From: Dubosiella newyorkensis
GTDB lineage: Bacteria > Bacillota_I > Bacilli_A > Erysipelotrichales > Erysipelotrichaceae
Assembly (NCBI RefSeq): GCF_001945605.1
Contig: NZ_MPKA01000093.1
Coordinates: 1-21,962 of the forward strand
Direction: 5' to 3'
Length of the DNA stretch: 21,962 nt
Positions 16,455 to 21,962 of this stretch are shown one piece after another. Below the pieces are notes generated by a model that saw only the letters and a program-made list of their open reading frames with translations, was not told the origin of the DNA and did no database searches. Positions within the stretch are counted from its first letter, which is position 1; each line of letters starts with the position of its first letter. The position numbers and the translations under genes were made by a program.

Positions 16455-16489
16455 TTTGCTATTCATGAAAAGAGTGGAAAGGATTTTTT

Positions 16490-17497
16490 ATGCAAATCAC
16501 AATACCTAAAGATTATGATCCTGTCTTGTCGGTTCGCGAGACGCAAGAAGCGATCAAATATATTCGAGACACATTTCAAAAAGAGCTTGGCAGAGAGCTT
16601 AGTCTTTCGCGGATTTCGGCGCCATTGTTCGTCGAGCGCTCTTCCGGTCTAAATGATGATCTCAATGGTTCGGAGGAGCCTGTTTCTTTTACTATGAAAG
16701 AAATGAGTAACGAGCCGATCGAGGTCGTGCATTCTTTAGCCAAGTGGAAGCGGATGGCTTTAAAAAAGTATGGTTTTCATGTGAATGAAGGATTGTACAC
16801 GAATATGAACGCGATCCGCAAAGACGAAGAGCTGGATAATTTGCATTCGGCTTATGTTGACCAATGGGATTGGGAAAAGGTGATCGATGTTTCGCAAAGG
16901 AACGTACAGACGCTCAAAAAACATGTGGAGCAGATTTTTAAAGTGATCAAGCACATGGAGCATGAAGTGTGGTATAAATATCCGCAGGCTGTCAATCGTC
17001 TGCCGGAAACGATTCATTTTGTCACTTCTCAGCAGCTGCTGGATATTTATCCGGATCTTTCGCCTAGGGAGCGAGAAAACGCGATCACCAAAGAGCTTGG
17101 TTGTGTGTTTGTCATGAAGATCGGGCAGCGATTGAGCAATGGCGAAAAGCACGATGGAAGAGCGCCCGACTATGATGATTGGGAATTGAATGGCGATATT
17201 TTATTTTGGTATGAGCCGCTACAGCAAGCTTTGGAGATTTCGAGCATGGGTATTCGCGTAGATGAGAATTCGCTCCATGAACAACTCGAGATCGAAGGTT
17301 GTCTTGAAAGAGAGACGCTTCCATTTCATCAAGCGATCTTAAATCGCGAACTTCCTTATACGATTGGTGGCGGGATCGGTCAGTCGAGATTGTGCATGTT
17401 GCTTTTGAAGAAGGCGCATATTGGCGAAGTGCAGGCGAGTCTTTGGCCTCAGGAAATGATCGAGATCTGCGAGGAAAACAATATTCATCTTTTATAA
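16490..17497 (+). CDS. asnA: aspartate-ammonia ligase (asparagine synthetase A)
   Basis: 335 aa with GGAAAGGA RBS. The sequence is AsnA-like along its full length (…[21 protein letters not shown]…ISAPLFV…[14 protein letters not shown]…[14 protein letters not shown]…). Confidence 0.95.
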   Translation: MQITIPKDYDPVLSVRETQEAIKYIRDTFQKELGRELSLSRISAPLFVERSSGLNDDLNGSEEPVSFTMKEMSNEPIEVVHSLAKWKRMALKKYGFHVNEGLYTNMNAIRKDEELDNLHSAYVDQWDWEKVIDVSQRNVQTLKKHVEQIFKVIKHMEHEVWYKYPQAVNRLPETIHFVTSQQLLDIYPDLSPRERENAITKELGCVFVMKIGQRLSNGEKHDGRAPDYDDWELNGDILFWYEPLQQALEISSMGIRVDENSLHEQLEIEGCLERETLPFHQAILNRELPYTIGGGIGQSRLCMLLLKKAHIGEVQASLWPQEMIEICEENNIHLL

Positions 17498-17500
17498 GCA

Positions 17501-17530
17501 AAAGAGTGGGCGGTCCCACTCTTTTCTTTG
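17501..17530. terminator. bidirectional rho-independent terminator between asnA and the response regulator
   Basis: AAAGAGTGGG (17501-17510), loop CGGT, CCCACTCTTT (17515-17524), then TCTTTG. The minus-strand tail is TTTGCTT. Confidence 0.75.
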
Positions 17531-17534
17531 TATT

Positions 17535-18203
17535 TTATTCATCACTCATTTGGTATCCTACATTTTTGACGGTCTTGATCAAGGTGCCCGCGTTTCCTAG
17601 TTTTTTTCGAAGCTTTCGAATATGGACATCGAGAGTGCGGGATTCTTCATAATAAGGTCCCCATACTTGTTCGAGAAGATCTTCGCGTTTGACGACTGCG
17701 CCTTGCGCTTCGATCAACACGCGCAGAAGGTTGAATTCTTTATAGGAGAGTTCGATAGGATCGTTGTCGACTTTGACTTGATGTTTTTCTGCATCGAAAA
17801 CGACTGGGCCGATTTGTTTGAAGCTCTGTTTCTTTTTTGTTTTTTCATAGCGTCTTTTGATCGCTTTGATGCGAGAGAGGAGTTCCATGATGCCAAAGGG
17901 TTTGGCTAGATAGTCGTCCGCTCCAAGATCGAGTCCGATCGCTTTATCGACTTCACTGTCTTTGGCAGATAAAATAAGCACGGGAATATCTTCCCAATTG
18001 GGATCTTGTTTGAGCTTTTTCAAGATGGTGAGCCCATCTTCTTCCGGGAGCATCAAATCAAGGATAATGAGGTCGCAAGCTTCTTCTTTGAGGGCTTTCC
18101 AAAACAAGGATGGCTTTTCAAAGCCTTTTGTTTCGTCTTCTTTTTGGATGGCATAGGAAAGCATCGTTTTGATGGATGCGTCGTCTTCTAATATATAAAT
18201 CAT
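17535..18203 (-). CDS. OmpR/PhoB-family response regulator (receiver + winged-helix), no cognate kinase nearby
   Basis: The track start 18251 adds 16 residues. The ATG at 18203 (MIYILEDD...) follows GAAAGG. The receiver keeps E-D-D, phospho-acceptor D (LIILDLMLP), S (LILSAKD) and K (LAKPF). The C-terminal trans_reg_C domain reads ...LSYKEFNLLRVLIE...TLDVHIRKLRKKL...TVKNVGYQM. Confidence 0.9.
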   Translation of the reverse strand: MIYILEDDASIKTMLSYAIQKEDETKGFEKPSLFWKALKEEACDLIILDLMLPEEDGLTILKKLKQDPNWEDIPVLILSAKDSEVDKAIGLDLGADDYLAKPFGIMELLSRIKAIKRRYEKTKKKQSFKQIGPVVFDAEKHQVKVDNDPIELSYKEFNLLRVLIEAQGAVVKREDLLEQVWGPYYEESRTLDVHIRKLRKKLGNAGTLIKTVKNVGYQMSDE

Positions 18204-18247
18204 ATTCTGCCTTTCTTTGTTCAGAAAAAAAGCCTGCTTACGCAGAC

Positions 18248-18430
18248 TCATCCGTGCGTTCTGTCGCTTCGAATCGGAAGTTCGAATTGATCAGCAATCT
18301 TAAAGGTCATTCCAATACTCAAAAAAACACAAACGGAAGTGGCGAAGCTCGCTCCTGTCAAATGGAGGACGAGCGCGTAGAATCCTAGTAAAGTATTTAC
18401 GATCATTAAGATCCAACCAATTGTTTTCAT
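18248..18430 (-). CDS. hypothetical 60-aa two-TM membrane protein upstream of the response regulator
   Basis: Track ORF MKTIGWILMIVNTLLGFYALVLHLTGASFATSVCVFLSIGMTFKIADQFELPIRSDRTHG. GAGGA lies 12 nt upstream (long spacing) and a TGaTATACT extended -10 lies further upstream. The stop is 45 nt before the regulator ATG with no terminator between. Confidence 0.45.
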   Translation of the reverse strand: MKTIGWILMIVNTLLGFYALVLHLTGASFATSVCVFLSIGMTFKIADQFELPIRSDRTHG

Positions 18431-18486
18431 AATGTATTAAGTCCTCTAGTTGACTTTAGTATATCACATCTTTTGATAACATTGTA

Positions 18487-18525
18487 TAAAAAATCACGAA
18501 ACGGAGGCGCTTACCTCCATTTCGT
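18487..18525 (-). terminator. rho-independent terminator downstream of the phosphohexomutase locus
   Basis: Minus strand ACGAAATGGAGG-TAAGCG-CCTCCGTTTCGT (18525-18496), a 12-bp stem with one mismatch, followed by GATTTTTT. Confidence 0.6.
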
Positions 18526-18710
18526 TTTCCTTTTCTTAAATCCTTTCTTCCTATAAGGAGCTGCCACGATCAAAGGGTATGAAACCCCCGCAAAATCCAC
18601 GATATGATCATTGAATTTCTTCAATCCTTTGAGCGTGGTGCCCCGAAAGGCCTCTTTTGTTCTAGTCACATCATAACAAGATTTTCGCTCTTCGCCAATC
18701 AAAATCCTTT

Positions 18711-20205
18711 TTATGCTTCCAAAACGGACAAATCAAGGTCTGTTTTGTCATATAGGGCTTCTTTGAGCCATGTTTTCATCGTTTCAACGCCGCCTTGTTT
18801 TCTGCTTTCCAAATTGCATGGCAAGATCGGATCGTGAAGGCTCATTCGAACAAGAAGCCATCCATCTCCATGTTCAGAATCAAAATTAAGGCGCACTCCC
18901 TCAAAGGTCGAATCGGCAAAAGAAATGTAGGGTGCGTGTTCTGCTTTTTTATGGATTTCGTGAATGACGTTTTCCCCGTACTCTTTAAAATCGTTGTTTG
19001 TGATCTTGATGCGGACTTCTTCGCTTTCCAAAGGTTCTTTTAGATCGTTCAATGTCTTGCTTAATGGGTTTTTTAGCGCATAAGCGACTATGAGGGCGGC
19101 TAAGTAGGCGCCATCGTCTAAAAAGAAATTTTCTTTAAAGGCGGCATGGCCGCTTGTTTCGATCGCGAGCTGTGTGTCGATCCCTTCTTGGTTGAGTCGG
19201 ATGGCTTCGTTGATCACGTTTTTATATCCACGTTTGAAGCGATGGTGACGCATTCCTTTTTGTTCGAGGAAGTCGTGGAGCTCATCGCTTGTGACCGAGT
19301 CGGTGACGATGGTCGTGTGTGGATTTTTTTTTGGCTGCGATCAGGGCTGCCAAAGCGATGATCGAGTTGCGTGCGATCGGATCGCCATTTTCATCGACAG
19401 CGCTGGATCTATCGACATCGGTATCGAAGATCAAGCCTAGATCCGCTTGATGGTCTTTGACTGCTTGGCAAATGCTTTCCATCGCTTCTTTATTTTCAGG
19501 ATTCGGGATGTGGTTTGGAAAATGGCCGTCAGGTTCTAGAAATTGGCTGCCGCTGATGTTGGCACCAAGTGGGCCGAGAACTTTGGTGGCAAAAAATCCT
19601 CCAGCCCCATTGCCCGCATCCACGATGATATGCAAATTTTTGAGGGGATGCTCATAATCGTCTGCTTGGACTTGTTCTTTGATCAAGTTTTGAAGATGGA
19701 TCGCGTATAGGTCCATCAGATCGAATTTGCTCAACGATCCAAAAGGTTTTCCACTTTCTTCCAATGTATCGGCAAGCTGGATCAAGGATAAAATGTCTTT
19801 GGATTCTAGTCCGCCTTCTTTCGTAAAGAATTTCATACCGTTGCGGTTCCATGGCAAATGGGAGGCGGTGAGCATGATCGCTCCATCGCAGTTGGATTGT
19901 GGAAATTGGGTGGCCATAAACATGGCTGGCGTAGTTGAAAGTCCACACTCTAGGATCGTATCTCCTGTAAGCAAGAGTCCATCGATAACGGCTTGTTCAA
20001 GTGCAGGTCCGCTTAAGCGGGAATCTCGTCCGATCGCGATCTTGACTTGTTCTTTGCCTGTCTTTTGTTGCAGCCATTGGGAAAAGGCCATGGCGAGGTC
20101 TTTGACAGCTTGTTGGGTGAGGTTGATTTCTTCACCGTCAACACCTTCTAACGCGACACCTCGAATGTCGCTTCCGTTTTGTAGTTCTTTATAGGTATAG
20201 TTCAT
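18711..20205 (-). pseudogene. phosphoglucomutase/phosphomannomutase (alpha-D-phosphohexomutase) split by a +1 insertion in an A9 tract
   Basis: Track ORFs 19282..20205 (active-site TASHLPWNRNG, Mg loop FDTDVDRS) and 18711..19253 (sugar loop ETSGHAAF) are the two halves of one ~497-aa enzyme. Removing one A from the A9 run (plus-strand T9, 19324-19332) gives ...AAKKNPHTTIVTDSVTSDELHDFLEQKGMRHHRFKRGYKNV... in a single frame. Confidence 0.85.
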
Positions 20206-20322
20206 GTTTGTCCTTCTTTCTTTTCTATATTATCTTAATCTTTCTTTTTTTCTAATTTTAGTCCCTTTTTTTGAGTTCTGTTCTTATACGATCTTCTTTT
20301 CTAGGATTGTATCGCTTTTTGA

Positions 20323-21170
20323 ATGTTTTTCCCTTTTTGGGATCATTTTTTTGATTTTTGTCGTATCCTGATCCCGGGTCTAGAATCGATGCGGGCCGAC
20401 GAGCTGGAAAGCGAGACGACTCGGGAGCAATTTCGGAAATCGAAAGAGACGTGCTAAAAAAATGGGTCAAGGAAAACGCGTGTATTTTGATGGTCGGCGT
20501 CGAGAACCAGACCCAGAAAGATGGTACAATATCGTTAAGGATCATGAACTACAACGCAAGCGTCTATCAAAGACTGCTTTCGCACAAGAGACCGCTCGTT
20601 CCTGTGATCACTTTCGTATTGTATTTTGGATTGGAAAAGCCATGGGAAAAGGCGAAATCGATTTATGAGCTGATCGAAGTGCCAGGGGCATTGGAAGAAT
20701 TCATTCCCGATTTTCGAGCGAAAGTGATCGATCTAGGCGCGTTGGAAGACGAGACGATCGAATCGTTTCAAAGCGATATGAAAGAGATCGCGAAGTTCAT
20801 CAAGCTGAGCCGGCAAGGAAAGAAAGAATTCACATTCAAAGGGAAGCTGGATCATTTTGCGATGGTGGCGCGCTTGTTGTCCACCTTGTCGTCAATGAAC
20901 GTTCCTAAAGAGAAATGGGAGGAACTGGAAGAAGGAGGTCAGAACGATATGGAGCATGTTTTCAATTATTTTTCGGAAGAAAAGACGAAGAAGATCTTGA
21001 ATCAAGGAATTAGTCAAGGCTTAGAACGAGGCAGAATAGAAACCAAACAAACAGATCTCGAAATATTGCAGTGGCTTCAGGCGCACGATCGACTGGATCT
21101 GAGCATTCAAGCTTTACAATGTTCCGATATCGAAGGATTCAAAAAGCGAGTGCTTGAGCATTCGATCTGA
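20323..21170 (+). pseudogene. Rpn-family recombination-promoting nuclease / putative transposase (PD-(D/E)XK), 5' end disrupted
   Basis: Track ORF 20358..21170 begins at a TTG with no RBS, two codons after an in-frame TGA. It carries the family core ...EIERDVLKKW...ILMVGVENQTQKD...LRIMNYNASVYQRLL...PVITFVLYFGLEKPW... and a C-terminal QGISQGLERGRIE repeat region. A 44-codon ORF in another frame (20323..20457, MFFPFWDHFFDFCRILIPG...ADELESETT) resembles the missing N-terminal segment. Confidence 0.55.
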
Positions 21171-21185
21171 GAAAAAATAGAGAGA

Positions 21186-21244
21186 AAAAGCAGAGTGAAA
21201 ATCGCTCCGAATCGATCGGAAGACTTTAAACTCTGCTTTTCATC
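21186..21244. terminator. possible bidirectional terminator (long-loop hairpin)
   Basis: AAAAGCAGAGT (21186-21196) pairs with ACTCTGCTTTT (21230-21240). The 33-nt loop contains an inner TCCGA/TCGGA hairpin (21206-21220). T-rich tails are present on both strands. Confidence 0.4.
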
Positions 21245-21254
21245 TTTGGAAAGT

Positions 21255-21749
21255 TTATTTTTTCTTTTTGCCTGTTTGATATTTTTTCTTTGTCTTGGTG
21301 GCCGTGGAAACGTGTTTCGCTTTATTGGAATTCCGGTTTTGGATGCTTGCTTCTTTTGTTTTCGAGAACCATTTCTTATCGGCATAGTTGATTCCGATAT
21401 AAACAAGAATGATATCGAACGAGAAGATCATCACCCATTGAAAAAATTCTTGGTTATTGTACATCATCAAGAATGACAATAAGGCTTCGGCGCCTGCGAC
21501 AAGCATATCGAAGCGGACGAGTTCGTAATTATCCTGGTCGGACAGAACAAGAGCCCATTGACTGCCCTTTCTGATTTTTTTGTTTCGCATATAACGGCGT
21601 TTCATCAGCGAGCCGATCACATAGATCAATACAACATTGATCAAATACATGTATGGAAATACGGGCGCGTTGGCTGCCCAAGTCATGATCACGCAGACGA
21701 TGATCCACAACCACATCATGACGATTTGCGCTTTTCTAAGGCCTTTCAT
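21255..21749 (-). CDS. hypothetical 4-TM membrane protein with lysine-rich C-terminal tail
   Basis: Track ORF 21255..21761. The ATG at 21749 (MKGLRKAQIV...) is 4 nt after GGGGGA, whereas the 21761 ATG overlaps that RBS. Four hydrophobic segments, tail ...TKTKKKYQTGKKKK. No family recognised. Confidence 0.6.
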   Translation of the reverse strand: MKGLRKAQIVMMWLWIIVCVIMTWAANAPVFPYMYLINVVLIYVIGSLMKRRYMRNKKIRKGSQWALVLSDQDNYELVRFDMLVAGAEALLSFLMMYNNQEFFQWVMIFSFDIILVYIGINYADKKWFSKTKEASIQNRNSNKAKHVSTATKTKKKYQTGKKKK

Positions 21750-21910
21750 AAAATCCCCCATCTTTCATATCCATCATCATAACAGTTTTACGTCAGAAAA
21801 GAAACCGTCCTTATTATATGTTGAATAAAAAAAAGGTAAGCGGGAATTAAAACAGCGGGTAGCAGCCTGATGAAAGTTAAAGTAGAGTAACCACAGGAGG
21901 TGGCTACCCT

Positions 21911-21962
21911 ATGGAAACGAATACCACTGCTCATAAAGAAGATCTAGTATTTACCGAGATTC
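21911..21962 (+). CDS. 5' end of an unidentified ORF running off the window
   Basis: AGGAGG lies 9 nt upstream of the ATG at 21911. Translation METNTTAHKEDLVFTEI..., open to the window end. Only 17 codons are visible, so no product call. Confidence 0.4.
   Translation, partial: METNTTAHKEDLVFTEI

Noticed and set aside
20258-20545. 95-aa minus-strand ORF between the mutase and the Rpn-like gene
   Set aside because: It is antisense to the Rpn-like 5' region and has no RBS. Its lysine-rich tail derives from the purine-rich complement of the T-rich tract. There is no family resemblance.
1-21962. Search for CRISPR repeats, tRNA/rRNA genes, long direct or inverted repeats, integrase/att sites, toxin-antitoxin or known defence-gene signatures
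   Set aside because: Nothing of this kind was seen by eye. The only mobile-element-like sequences are the disrupted Rpn-like gene and a doubtful transposase scar. A computational repeat and HMM scan is still needed to exclude them.

Overview
This is a 22 kb chromosomal segment, mostly housekeeping and transport genes, from a low-GC Gram-positive genome. The Bacillota-type signals are AGGAGG-like Shine-Dalgarno sites, a T-box leader and hairpin+T-run terminators; I cannot name the taxon by eye. Gene order left to right: SPFH (-, partial), NfeD (-), 122-aa unknown (-), GntR/HutC regulator (-), a ~800 bp AT-rich non-coding gap, HAD phosphatase (+), MATE (-), MATE (+), 49-aa TM peptide (+), MerR/GyrI-like regulator (-), GNAT relic (+), 71-aa unknown (-), then ABC ATPase, permease and lipoprotein binding protein (-) behind a Trp-specific T-box. 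Next come a 60-aa TM protein (-), SGNH hydrolase (+), IlvE (-), an alpha/beta hydrolase with degenerate catalytic motifs (-), 53-aa TM protein (-), GlgP (-), AsnA (+), an orphan OmpR-type response regulator (-), a 60-aa TM protein (-), a frameshifted phosphohexomutase (-), a disrupted Rpn-like nuclease gene (+), a 4-TM protein (-) and a partial ORF (+). I saw no rRNA, tRNA, CRISPR array or intact mobile element. Several longest-ORF starts in the supplied track are over-extended; I re-set them using RBS, promoter or terminator positions. I do not see a convincing novel multi-gene system such as a defence island. The most notable observations are the UGG-specifier T-box operon, an A9-tract frameshift splitting a phosphohexomutase, strong window-wide GATC enrichment, overlapping divergent MerR-type promoters around a perfect dyad, an orphan response regulator paired with a micro-membrane protein, a hydrolase homologue lacking its nucleophile, and two gene relics (GNAT, Rpn-like).
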